Both the position numbers and the translations under genes were made by a program. From an uncultured Candidatus Saccharibacteria bacterium (GTDB lineage: Bacteria; Patescibacteriota; Saccharimonadia; Saccharimonadales; CAYLGV01), in the NCBI GenBank assembly GCA_964394925.1, contig CAYMZG010000002.1, forward strand, positions 20,947-84,946: a stretch of 64,000 nucleotides of DNA, written 5' to 3'. The notes beneath the pieces were generated by a model. That model did no database searches, had not been told where the DNA came from, and was given only the letters and a program-made list of their open reading frames with translations. Position 1 is the stretch's first letter. Every line of letters begins with the position of its first letter. Below are positions 49,029-58,592 of the stretch, piece after piece.

Positions 49029-50110
49029 TTTTTCCTCCGCTTATTATTTTTTGCAGATTTCTTTTTGTTGTTGGTCGGGTTGGCTTTTTTGGCGCCCGAT
49101 TTAGAAGTGCTCGTCTTGCTTGCTTTCGCTTGAGATTTCTTGGTTGCCGCTTCGCTCACTACCGCTGCCTCGACAGTCGCGCCGGGTACTTTGGAGCCCT
49201 TACGACGTTTTTGCTTCACGCCAGTGGCGGGCACCACTTCACCTTCTATGATGTCTTTAGCAACTGCTTCTTCGGCCGATTCTTCCATCTCTTTTTCGTC
49301 ACGCTTCAGAATGATTGATTGCTGGATGTACGCCACAATTCCACCAGTTAACCAGTACAGTGACAGTGCCGATGGGAGGCTAATGGTGAAGAATACAATC
49401 ATGAACGGTAAGAAGTAGCGCGTGCTCTGGCCGACTGCGGCGTTCACTTCACTTTGATCAGTCTTCTTACCGCTGTTCGCTTCTTTTAGAATGTCACGTA
49501 GCTTGCGGCCATCCTTGGGTGCTGGCATGAGCTGCTTACTCTGGAAGAATTGAGCAATTGCACTACCAATAACAAGTAGCATTGCTGGCCAGTAAATACC
49601 CTGACCCTTGGTAATAGCTGCCTTGCCGAGATCAATGAAGCCAAACAGGGTGGCATCGAAGCCGTTAACCGACTGCGCTAACTGCTTAATACTGGTGAGG
49701 TTATGCAGGAACGGATACGAGAAGGTGTAGATGGTCTTAGGGTCCGCCACCACGCGGCGCAGGCCAGAGTAGAGACCAATGAGCACGATCAGCTGGATAA
49801 TAAGGGTGCCGAGACTACCGAATGGGCTTATCTCTCGCTCTTTATATAGCTCCATCATCATCTGGGATTCTTTTTGGCGGTTGCCACCAGCAGCTTTCTT
49901 GATGCGCTTGAGTTCTGGCTGGAGTTCACGCATTGCTTTGGCCTGATGCAATTGCTTCTTAACGAGCGGCCACATACAGAGACGAACCACAATCGTAAAG
50001 AGAATGATTGCCAAACCAAAGTTATGGCCAGGCAAGAGCCCGTAGATTAGGACGAGCAGGTTAAAGATAGGTTTAACAATTAGGACCTCAAAAATGGAGG
50101 CTAGGTACAT
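49025..50110 (-). CDS. yidC: Membrane protein insertase YidC
   Basis: 361 aa; 'NFGLAIILFTIVVRLCMWPLVKKQ' and 'MMELYKEREISPFGS' YidC/Oxa1 blocks; Lys-rich C-terminal tail; conserved rnpA-yidC-jag synteny. Confidence 0.85.
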   Translation of the reverse strand: MYLASIFEVLIVKPIFNLLVLIYGLLPGHNFGLAIILFTIVVRLCMWPLVKKQLHQAKAMRELQPELKRIKKAAGGNRQKESQMMMELYKEREISPFGSLGTLIIQLIVLIGLYSGLRRVVADPKTIYTFSYPFLHNLTSIKQLAQSVNGFDATLFGFIDLGKAAITKGQGIYWPAMLLVIGSAIAQFFQSKQLMPAPKDGRKLRDILKEANSGKKTDQSEVNAAVGQSTRYFLPFMIVFFTISLPSALSLYWLTGGIVAYIQQSIILKRDEKEMEESAEEAVAKDIIEGEVVPATGVKQKRRKGSKVPGATVEAAVVSEAATKKSQAKASKTSTSKSGAKKANPTNNKKKSAKNNKRRKK

Positions 50111-50154
50111 ACATCCTCACTTTCGAGATATATCTTACCACAAAATATGCTGTT

Positions 50155-50505
50155 TTACTTCTTTAAAATGCCAGCTTGGTGCAATTGCGCATGGACCATG
50201 CGACGCAGTTCATCATTCGGCATATCTGCCACCTGCTCATGAAAAACCGTCACCACCATATCGTGGGGCCCTGAAAGGTGATCTTCCTCAAGGCGAAAAG
50301 CTTCAAACAGGCGTCGACGAATACGGTTGCGCCGCACAGCCGATTTATGAACTTTTTTACTCACCACCACTGCTAAGCGGTATTCCGAACGGCGTTTATT
50401 CTCGGCATATTTGAGCGAAATAAGCGGACCACGGACCGTTTGGCCGTGTTGATAGACATAGCGCAGCGAACCATGCCCATGAAACCGATGTGAGCGGGAA
50501 ATCAT
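50155..50505 (-). CDS. rnpA: Ribonuclease P protein component
   Basis: 116 aa; 'RLAVVVSKKVHKSAVRRNRIRRRL' RnpA signature; lies between rpmH and yidC. Confidence 0.85.
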   Translation of the reverse strand: MISRSHRFHGHGSLRYVYQHGQTVRGPLISLKYAENKRRSEYRLAVVVSKKVHKSAVRRNRIRRRLFEAFRLEEDHLSGPHDMVVTVFHEQVADMPNDELRRMVHAQLHQAGILKK

Positions 50506-50549
50506 GTTGGTCTTTAGTATAGCGTGCTTAGTAAGTAAAAAGCGAAAGG

Positions 50550-50687
50550 TTAGGCGCTGAGGCGAACGCGACCCTTAAGACGACGACGCTTTAGAATATT
50601 GCGGCCAGCCTTGGTCGACATGCGCTTCATAAAACCATGCACACGTGCATTCTTGCGCTTTTTTGGTTGATACGTACGTTTTGGCAT
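50550..50687 (-). CDS. rpmH: 50S ribosomal protein L34
   Basis: Hand translation of the minus strand gives [45 protein letters not shown] (45 aa). It is absent from the ORF track only because it is under 60 aa. Confidence 0.9.
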   Translation of the reverse strand: MPKRTYQPKKRKNARVHGFMKRMSTKAGRNILKRRRLKGRVRLSA

Positions 50688-50996
50688 AGACCATTATTAT
50701 ACATAGATTTGCCATTTATCCCAAATTATTATTTGTGTTAGCCATTTGCACGTTTGTATGGCACTGTCTACCCCTACCCCGCTATTGAGTGTTTTTGACA
50801 ATATTTATTCACGATTTCGTGGTAGTTTTCCCCACTTCCTTTTTTATTATCCACAGATTAACAGATAGAAATATTGGGTGTGTATAACTCTGACCTGTTG
50901 GGCAAAAATAACCTCCTTCAAGCAAGGTCATCTGTAAAATTGTGGAAAACTCATGTAGAGTTAGGTATAGTATTGATCAAATAAATGGAGTGAGGG
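50688..50996. promoter_or_regulatory. Candidate chromosomal replication origin (oriC): DnaA-box cluster and AT-rich region between rpmH and dnaA
   Basis: Perfect TTATCCACA at 50847-50855; one-mismatch boxes TGTGTATAA (50879-50887, minus orientation) and TGTGGAAAA (50941-50949); weaker TTATCCCAA near 50717; AT-rich flanks; canonical rpmH | dnaA position. Confidence 0.6.
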
Positions 50997-52370
50997 ATGA
51001 AGGAAGACGTCTGGCAGGCGGTCCTGGGTGAAATCGAACTATCTGTCTCTCGAGGCAGCTTTGTGACGTGGTTCAAAAACACCAGGCTACTGCGTGACAA
51101 AGATGGCATCCTCACCATTGGCGTCGCAAACGTCTTCATTAAGCAGCAGATGGAGCGCAAATATAACGACTTAGTGCTTGAAACACTCCGGAAGAACGGC
51201 GTCAATCCAAAGCAGGTGGAATACAAGATCTACACCACTAGTCCTGCTGCCCGAAAAGAGGAAGAGCCCGTTATATTGAGCGCACAGCCTATTGTGCAAA
51301 CACCTACTCCTCAGTCCACCAATCGAACAGGCACTTCGTTGACACATGGCTACCGCCAGGGCCTCAACGAACGTTACACCTTTGAAAGCTTTATCGTTGG
51401 CTCTGGAAACGAATTAGCTTACGCGGCTTGCCAAGCGATTGCAGCAAGTCCCGGCACCAAGTACAACCCACTGTTTGTATATGGTGGTGTGGGAATCGGC
51501 AAAACCCATCTTATTCAGGCAGTTGGTAATGAAGTACTGGCCCGCAAGCCAGAGGCACGCATTGTGTACGCCTCTACCGAACAATTTGTACAAGAATTTG
51601 TTGATTCGCTGCGCTTTAAGAAGACGACCGACTTTGCTAAGCACTATCGGAGCGCCGACGTATTAATTGTCGACGACATGCAGTTTATTGCCGGCAAAGA
51701 AAAGGTCCAAGAAGAGTTCTTTCATACCTTTAATGCCCTGCACCAAGCCAATAAGCAGATTATTATAAGTAGTGATAAGCCACCGAAAGATATTCCAACC
51801 CTTGAGGAACGCCTGCGATCACGCTTTGCTTGGGGCATGCAGATCGACATGCAAAATCCCGACTTCGAGACACGCTGCGCTATCATTCAGACCAAATCAC
51901 AATTACACGGGGTCGAATTGACACCAGAAGTAATGGAATTCCTCGCTAACCTCGTGCAAACGAACATTCGTGAGCTAGAGGGCGCCCTAAACCAACTCCT
52001 CGCCTTCTGTGAGATGCGTGGACTCAGCCCAGACATTCAAATCGCCACCAGCCTGCTTGGCTCAACCAAGAGTCGCCCGAAGCACATTAGCGCCAAACAG
52101 ATTGTGGAGCGTACCGCCAAGTACTTCCAGGTACCGCTCGAAGATCTGCTAGGCCCAAAGCGCGACAAAGACATTGTTGTGCCCCGCCAGGTAGCCATGT
52201 ACATGCTCCGTAGCGAACTACATCTCAGTTTCCCTAAAATTGCCCGTGAACTTGGTCGCAAGGATCACACCACAGCCATTCACTCAGTCGACAAGATTGA
52301 AAAAGAGTCTTCTTTTGATACCGAAATCAAGACTGCTATTCATGATATTAAGGAGCGTTTGTATGCGTAA
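50997..52370 (+). CDS. dnaA: Chromosomal replication initiator protein DnaA
   Basis: 457 aa; AAA+ 'GGVGIGKTHL', 'LIVDDMQF', C-terminal DnaA DNA-binding domain 'VAMYMLRSELHLSFPKIARELGRKDHTTAIHSVDKI'. Confidence 0.95.
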   Translation: MKEDVWQAVLGEIELSVSRGSFVTWFKNTRLLRDKDGILTIGVANVFIKQQMERKYNDLVLETLRKNGVNPKQVEYKIYTTSPAARKEEEPVILSAQPIVQTPTPQSTNRTGTSLTHGYRQGLNERYTFESFIVGSGNELAYAACQAIAASPGTKYNPLFVYGGVGIGKTHLIQAVGNEVLARKPEARIVYASTEQFVQEFVDSLRFKKTTDFAKHYRSADVLIVDDMQFIAGKEKVQEEFFHTFNALHQANKQIIISSDKPPKDIPTLEERLRSRFAWGMQIDMQNPDFETRCAIIQTKSQLHGVELTPEVMEFLANLVQTNIRELEGALNQLLAFCEMRGLSPDIQIATSLLGSTKSRPKHISAKQIVERTAKYFQVPLEDLLGPKRDKDIVVPRQVAMYMLRSELHLSFPKIARELGRKDHTTAIHSVDKIEKESSFDTEIKTAIHDIKERLYA

Positions 52371-52620
52371 GCTGCACGTAACGTGTGTACAACCTGTGGT
52401 TAGTGCGTGGCAAAGCCTGTCTACAACCACCGCTACTTTGCCACATGTAGAATTTACAAACGCTGAGCTGGGTAAAAACCCTGCATTTATAACCACTCAA
52501 ACAACAGACTTTCCGACCACTTGTTCACAGCTAATTTTGTCAAATAACAGCGTGGAGTTGGTGGTTTTCCCCATTATCCCCAGGCTTAATAATGAATATA
52601 GCAAAGGAGAATAACTTATT

Positions 52621-53712
52621 ATGAAGTTACAAGTCACCCAGGAAAATCTCCACAAGGCTTTGCAGAGCGTTGGTCGTGTTGCTACAAGTCGTGGCACGTT
52701 GCCTATTCTGTCGAATATTCTCCTGAAGACTGTCGGCAACCGCCTGAGCATTGCCGCCACCAACCTAGACATCGCCATTACGCACTACATTGGTTCGAAA
52801 GTAAACGACGAGGGTGCGATCACCGTGCCAGCTCGCCTCATGGTAGATTTTGTTGCTAGCCTGCCAAGTGGCACCATCACCCTAAATCTTGACGACACCA
52901 AGCTGAAGATCACCACCGACCAATACGAATCAGTCATTAACGGCGTGAGTGCTGAAGAATACCCCGTTATGCCAGCTATTGCTGACGGTGTTACGTGGAA
53001 GGTGCCATCAAACGTGTTGCGTGGTGGCCTGCAACAGGTGCTTATGGCTGCCTCGACCGATGAAAGTCGCCCAGTTTTAACGGGAGTATATGTACATACT
53101 CACGAGGGTAAACTCTACCTTGTGGCTACTGATAGCTACCGCCTAGCCGAGAAGATGCTCATGCCAAGTAAGCAAGACATCAAGCTACTTATTCCAGCCA
53201 GCGCCCTACAAGATCTACTGCGCATTTTGGGCGATACCGAAGATGAAGTTACTATTACACACGATGAACAACAGGTGTTATTCCGTGTTGGCGATGTTGA
53301 GCTCGTCACGCGCCTCATTGAGGGTAACTTCCCTGACTACCGAAAGCTCATTCCGCAAAACTTTGCACACAGTGCCGACCTCAAAAAGGGTGAATTTGCC
53401 AACATCACCAAGGTTTCTGCTTTGTTTGCGCGCGAAAGTGCCGGCAGCGTAACGCTGCATCTCGACGAAGAAAAACAGCAAGTAAGCATCCGCTCAATTG
53501 CCTCACAACTCGGTGAAAACACCGCAAGTGCACCAGCGGCAATTACAGGCGAAGGCGTTATTACCCTCAATTCACGCTACATTCTTGATGCCCTGCATGC
53601 TATGAACGACGAAGGTGTGCGCATCGCCTTTAATGGTAAGCTTGAGGCTTGTGTGTTGAGTGCCCCGAAGCGCCCTGACTATACGCATGTGATCATGCCA
53701 CTCAAGAGCTAG
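52621..53712 (+). CDS. dnaN: DNA polymerase III beta sliding clamp
   Basis: 363 aa; 'MKLQVTQENLHKALQSVGRVATSRGTLPILSNILL' N-terminus; three-domain length; dnaA-dnaN-recF order. Confidence 0.9.
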   Translation: MKLQVTQENLHKALQSVGRVATSRGTLPILSNILLKTVGNRLSIAATNLDIAITHYIGSKVNDEGAITVPARLMVDFVASLPSGTITLNLDDTKLKITTDQYESVINGVSAEEYPVMPAIADGVTWKVPSNVLRGGLQQVLMAASTDESRPVLTGVYVHTHEGKLYLVATDSYRLAEKMLMPSKQDIKLLIPASALQDLLRILGDTEDEVTITHDEQQVLFRVGDVELVTRLIEGNFPDYRKLIPQNFAHSADLKKGEFANITKVSALFARESAGSVTLHLDEEKQQVSIRSIASQLGENTASAPAAITGEGVITLNSRYILDALHAMNDEGVRIAFNGKLEACVLSAPKRPDYTHVIMPLKS

Positions 53713-53737
53713 GTCATCTAAGGTACAATGGGCTGTA

Positions 53738-54787
53738 ATGATAGCCAAGCTGCGCCTGCAAAACTTTCGCTCATATTCCGACAAAACATTTGAGTTTGTT
53801 GATGGTGTAAACATTATCGTTGGGCCTAATGCTAGTGGTAAAACAAACCTTCTTGAAGGTGTGCTGATGATCTGTCGGGGCGGCACCTTTCGTGGCTCTG
53901 ACGACGAAGTGATTGCCCATGGCGAGGCTTGGGCTCGACTCGACGCTTTAGTGAACAAGCGGCCGCACACTGTAAAAATTCAACTGCAAAATGGTAGAAC
54001 GACCAAAGAGTATGTCTTTGACGGCAGTACCTATAAACACTTCTCAAGCACTATAAGCGTGCCGGTGGTGCTATTCGAGCCCAGCCACCTACAACTTCTC
54101 ACCGACTCCCCAGACCTGCGACGTAACTTTTTAGATGACATGATCGAGCAAGTAACACTTGGTTATGCTTCATTGCGGCGTAACTACAAGCGTGCCCTTG
54201 CCCAACGAAACAGTCTACTCAAACAGGCCTTCACGCAAGACCAGATATTTATATGGAATGTGCGCCTTAGCGAGTTTGGCGGCCAAATTGCCGACGAGCG
54301 GCGACGTTTCCTGGAGACACACCAAACAATTCTTCAAGAAGTGTACGATCAACTGGCCGATGAGCCAACCGAAGCACGTACACACTACGTGACTAAACTA
54401 AATACCGACAACTACTCCTCATCAATGCTAAAAGCCCTCGAAGCAAACTTGCGCATTGACCAAGAACGTGGCTACACAACGGTCGGACCACACCGAGATG
54501 ACCTTGGCCTAGAACTTCGCGGCTACAACCTGTCTGAAGCCGCCTCACGCGGCGAAACGCGCACTATGTTACTGGCGCTCAAGCTACTTGAAGCACGGGC
54601 CATAGAACAGGCCCAGCGAACCAAACCAATCCTGCTGCTAGATGATGTGTTTAGTGAGCTCGATGCCACCAGGCGGCACGCCCTCACAACATTCATCCAG
54701 GATCACCAAACGTTTATTACCACCACCGATGCCGATATCTTTGACGGCAAACTCCCTGCCAAGTCACAAACAATACGCTTTAACTAA
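53738..54787 (+). CDS. recF: DNA replication and repair protein RecF
   Basis: 349 aa; Walker A 'GPNASGKTNLLE', C-terminal 'ILLLDDVFSELD' Walker B/D-loop. Confidence 0.85.
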   Translation: MIAKLRLQNFRSYSDKTFEFVDGVNIIVGPNASGKTNLLEGVLMICRGGTFRGSDDEVIAHGEAWARLDALVNKRPHTVKIQLQNGRTTKEYVFDGSTYKHFSSTISVPVVLFEPSHLQLLTDSPDLRRNFLDDMIEQVTLGYASLRRNYKRALAQRNSLLKQAFTQDQIFIWNVRLSEFGGQIADERRRFLETHQTILQEVYDQLADEPTEARTHYVTKLNTDNYSSSMLKALEANLRIDQERGYTTVGPHRDDLGLELRGYNLSEAASRGETRTMLLALKLLEARAIEQAQRTKPILLLDDVFSELDATRRHALTTFIQDHQTFITTTDADIFDGKLPAKSQTIRFN

Positions 54788-54801
54788 CAACTACTTACCG
54801 A

Positions 54802-56325
54802 CTAATCTGCGTACGGATTTACGATTACAAACCTAGTCGTATCAATGCCGCTTGCCTTTACGTCTGCCATCACAGCATCATTAGCTTTGCGCTTCTTCTC
54901 GGGCGAATAGCCATACGATTTTGAGGCTGGTACATACTCTAGTTCCCCGAGATTCGGTGATATAAACAGATACTTACCATAGGCCGATACATCTGAGATA
55001 TTCGAGGAATGCAACAGAACATCAACTTGCTTATCAATGGGTGAATCAACAGCAGATTCGCCGAGTTCCAGCATTACCCCAGTGCCCTTTGTATTGGTGA
55101 GGTTCAAAAGTGCCCCATTGCCAGAGGGTGATATGCTATTTAACTGATAATTGCCGAGCCGATAAGCTATGTAGCCATATCCATTTGTGGTATTCACATA
55201 GATAACGTCGCGACCTTTCAAAAATAACAGGCCGTCTTTTCCTGACCTGCCCATAATGCTTACATCAGGTACCTGGGCCACCTTCTTTAGTTTGCCGCCC
55301 GATGCGTCGTAAATAGTAAGGCCGGATGTTTCGTCGATGGTGCATATGCTCTGCTGTCCACAGAGCGAGGTTGCAAAATATGTTCCACTTAATGAAAAGT
55401 GCTTGGCTTTTCCATTCGAATACTTCACCAATTCAGTCTTCGGGTTCGGGGTTGATCCATCAGTATCACCAACACTGTTTGAATAGGTCGCCAATAGGCT
55501 TTTTCCATCAGCATCAAAACGAATCGGAATATCCACACCTTTAACCGAAGGCAGTTCTAATTTCTTAGGGCTTGCTTTCGGGCCCGAGAAATACTGCACA
55601 TCCCTAAATGTTAGGTCATACATAACAAAACCGTCTTCATAAGGAACCGCTGTGTATGTTTTGTCGTCTTTCAGGCCCGAAAGATATGTTGCACTCCCCG
55701 TTTCGGTAATGATGCCTGCTGCTTGATTCAGACTTAGGGCAGAGTGTGCGCTTGGCAGGCCTATCGACTCCAACTGCTTGCGCACATATAATGGGCCACC
55801 CTTTGTATTAATAATCCCCTCTACTTGTCTCGTAAAGCCATTACTGGGGCTTCTTGCAGATGTCGGGAGTTGTTGGCTAGCAGGAACATGAACTTTGATT
55901 GTGTCTGCTGTGCCACCACACGTGTGGCTAACAAGCACCGCATTAATTATTTCGGCACATGATGCTGGATTGTTGCCCACAAAACTTCGCGAACGTTCTG
56001 CCTCAAGCGCAATTTTTGGGGTGGTTTTAGACAAGAAGTGGCCCACCACAACACTTGTCCAGTAACTCTTATCACCATCAACAGCAAGCACCGTGTATCT
56101 ACCACTCCTCAGGATTTTGGTCCCCGGTTTCGTGGTTTGTTGTAAGCCATTGCTGTTACCTGATACATAGTACGTCACATCTGTATTATTTTGTGCGGAG
56201 TCTAGTTGAAGGCGCCCACGTCCATATAGCCACCAAATGACCATGGCCATAACTATGAATAACAAGCCAAAAACAATAAACCGACGATAACGTGACATAA
56301 GACTAAGTATTACATTATCTTGCAT
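54802..56325 (-). CDS. Hypothetical membrane-anchored extracytoplasmic protein (last gene of the VirB4-containing operon)
   Basis: 507 aa; N-terminal TM 'FIVFGLLFIVMAMVIWWLY', then a large Ser/Thr/Gly-rich predicted beta-rich ectodomain; start overlaps the upstream stop (ATGA at 56325-56328). Confidence 0.4.
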   Translation of the reverse strand: MQDNVILSLMSRYRRFIVFGLLFIVMAMVIWWLYGRGRLQLDSAQNNTDVTYYVSGNSNGLQQTTKPGTKILRSGRYTVLAVDGDKSYWTSVVVGHFLSKTTPKIALEAERSRSFVGNNPASCAEIINAVLVSHTCGGTADTIKVHVPASQQLPTSARSPSNGFTRQVEGIINTKGGPLYVRKQLESIGLPSAHSALSLNQAAGIITETGSATYLSGLKDDKTYTAVPYEDGFVMYDLTFRDVQYFSGPKASPKKLELPSVKGVDIPIRFDADGKSLLATYSNSVGDTDGSTPNPKTELVKYSNGKAKHFSLSGTYFATSLCGQQSICTIDETSGLTIYDASGGKLKKVAQVPDVSIMGRSGKDGLLFLKGRDVIYVNTTNGYGYIAYRLGNYQLNSISPSGNGALLNLTNTKGTGVMLELGESAVDSPIDKQVDVLLHSSNISDVSAYGKYLFISPNLGELEYVPASKSYGYSPEKKRKANDAVMADVKASGIDTTRFVIVNPYAD

Positions 56326-56327
56326 AA

Positions 56328-58592
56328 CTAACCACCACAGCCATTTGGATTACTCACACCCGGAGGTACGGTGAGGCCATTCTTAAAGGGGTCAACATTA
56401 GCGTGGTCCCAGCCACTATAATCACCCGGGAAGGTGTTGAAGTGAAGGTGTGGCCCGGTTGATATTCCGAGACTGCCCTGCTCACCAATCTGTTGACCTT
56501 GTTTAACTTGGTCGCCTTCATGGACCATCATAGAGTTCATATGACCATAGCTTGTCCCAAACTTAATAGATTCGTGTTTTATAACAACAAAGTTTGGTCC
56601 ATATCCTCCTGCCGGCCCCGCCTTTACCACCACGCCATCGGCTGCCGCAAAAATCGGTGTTTCACTGGGCGGGCCACTGTTTGAAATATCAATTCCTGGG
56701 TGTCCACCCGGACCACCAAAGCACTGAGTAATATAGCTCTTTTCTATTTTTTCGGGCCATGAGAACGTGCCGCCTGTTGGGCCCTGCTGACCACCCTGAC
56801 TACAGCCTCCACCTCCGCCACCAGATCCATTGCCGGCAACCGGCATGCCTGATCCGAACTTGGCCACCGCGGCATGGGCGGCATCAACGCGAGTTTTATG
56901 AAATTCCTGAGGCGGTTTGGTTTCTGGTGTCGGGCCTTTGTTGTTTACTATAATTCCGCGGTGTGTCTCGTAGTAGATCTCGATAAGTTGTGTAGCCTTA
57001 TCAATTATATCTTCCCCTGGGTTTGGTGTTTCAGCGTCTATCTTTTGTATTCGTTCCAATAATGGTTTGTATTTATTCTGCAGCTCCCACATTATATAAT
57101 CAAGCTGCAGGCCTAGATCAGACACGGGCTTGCCTTGATCAGATGCCATTTTGTTTAAGGGGTCTTGTCTGTCATGGAATGACCATTGGATAAGTCCATA
57201 CCCTCGCCCGTCAATCGTGGCGTCTCCTGTTGTGCCAGGTTCAAGCGCTCGTGGGTTAAGACCCGATTCCTCTGTCATGTTTCCAATAAAACCCCCCGCC
57301 ACTGCTGGCGCAAAGCCTTTGCCAATGAAGAAGTTGAATATCTTCTCGGCATTCTCACCGCCAACTAACGTGGTGCTGCTAGTCCCGCCGCTACCACCAC
57401 AAGTACAGCCACCCCCATTTCCGCTTTTTGTTGCGCTATCATTTCCCATATTCGCTTTTGCAGCCGTTATTTTTGCCGAAGAAGCTTCAATTTGAGTTTT
57501 GAGGGCTGGATCAGCGTTAGCTGCCTGCTCAACTTTATCAATAATTGCCTTTAATTGATCTTCGCCTGTGAAGAGCGCGATATCAGCCCCGCTTTTTATT
57601 GCTTCTAAGGCACTGTCGGCTAGCGCGCCAGGTCCTCCCAAGCCACCCGCCGCCAAGTCATCTGTAATAATAATGCCATTAAATTGATACTCATTTTTTA
57701 GTAAGTCGTAAGTTGCCTTACTCTTACTGGCTGGTACACCGTTTGTGAGCCCAGGAACACTATAATTTCCTACCATCACCCAAGCCCCAGTGGTGTTGTT
57801 GGCTAAAAGCGTTTGATACGGTTTAAGATCGAGCCCTTTTAGTTCATCTAGGCTTGGTGATGAGCCAGCAACTTGGTCGGAATTCACCGTTGTTCGGCCA
57901 ATGCCCGGAAAGTGCTTGTATACTGGCGTAATGCCACCGGCCTTTAGCCCTTCAGCGTACGCTCCGGCTTTTTCGGCAATAACATCAGGGTTGTTAGAAA
58001 ACGCTCGTTGTATGTTACCAATCGCCGGACTATTTGGGCTGTCAATGTCTACTACCGGGGCGGCATCGAACGTACCACCAATCTCTTTAATTTTTGTGGC
58101 CGTGTCGGTGCCAAGCTTCTTTACCTGATCCACCGACATACCTCCCATTGCCTTGGCGCTCGGGGTGCCCAACTTCAGTCGGTCAACTTGACCACCCTCC
58201 TGGTCGAGTCCCACAAACGGTGTAGGACTAAACTTTGATTTAGCAGCATTAATCTTTGCCCCATCAAAAAAGGGAGTATTCACAAAAAAGCCACCAACAT
58301 GGTAGGTGCTAACAGCATCATTAGCTTGTGCTTCGCTTGTGACGAGCGGAATCATCATCTGACCAATTTGGTCTCGCAGACCAGTGAGCGCGGCTGGTAC
58401 ATTACTATTCTTTTTACCCACATCACAGGCCACAACATCTTGATACATGGTATGGTCGCCATAAATTGCCTTACTCTCGATATTGGCGTCTGCATAGGCG
58501 ATTGTACTGACTGTCGGCAGAAGAATGATTAAAATTGAAATCAGAAGAGTGCGAGCCACCGTGCGAAGCGCTACCAATAGCCTGCGGATCAT
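56328..58592 (-). CDS. Secreted three-domain cell-wall hydrolase: GH3 beta-N-acetylhexosaminidase (NagZ-like) + phage-tail-lysozyme-like domain + M23 (LytM) metallopeptidase
   Basis: 754 aa; signal/TM 'LLISILIILLPTVSTIAYA'; GH3 blocks 'GLDQEGGQVDRL', 'KHFPGIG', 'NGIIITDDLAAGG'; Gly-rich linkers; 'FIGNMTEESGLNP...GRGYGLIQWS' lysozyme-like block; M23 'HPGIDIS' (HxxxD) and 'GPHLHF' (HxH). Confidence 0.7.
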   Translation of the reverse strand: MIRRLLVALRTVARTLLISILIILLPTVSTIAYADANIESKAIYGDHTMYQDVVACDVGKKNSNVPAALTGLRDQIGQMMIPLVTSEAQANDAVSTYHVGGFFVNTPFFDGAKINAAKSKFSPTPFVGLDQEGGQVDRLKLGTPSAKAMGGMSVDQVKKLGTDTATKIKEIGGTFDAAPVVDIDSPNSPAIGNIQRAFSNNPDVIAEKAGAYAEGLKAGGITPVYKHFPGIGRTTVNSDQVAGSSPSLDELKGLDLKPYQTLLANNTTGAWVMVGNYSVPGLTNGVPASKSKATYDLLKNEYQFNGIIITDDLAAGGLGGPGALADSALEAIKSGADIALFTGEDQLKAIIDKVEQAANADPALKTQIEASSAKITAAKANMGNDSATKSGNGGGCTCGGSGGTSSTTLVGGENAEKIFNFFIGKGFAPAVAGGFIGNMTEESGLNPRALEPGTTGDATIDGRGYGLIQWSFHDRQDPLNKMASDQGKPVSDLGLQLDYIMWELQNKYKPLLERIQKIDAETPNPGEDIIDKATQLIEIYYETHRGIIVNNKGPTPETKPPQEFHKTRVDAAHAAVAKFGSGMPVAGNGSGGGGGGCSQGGQQGPTGGTFSWPEKIEKSYITQCFGGPGGHPGIDISNSGPPSETPIFAAADGVVVKAGPAGGYGPNFVVIKHESIKFGTSYGHMNSMMVHEGDQVKQGQQIGEQGSLGISTGPHLHFNTFPGDYSGWDHANVDPFKNGLTVPPGVSNPNGCGG

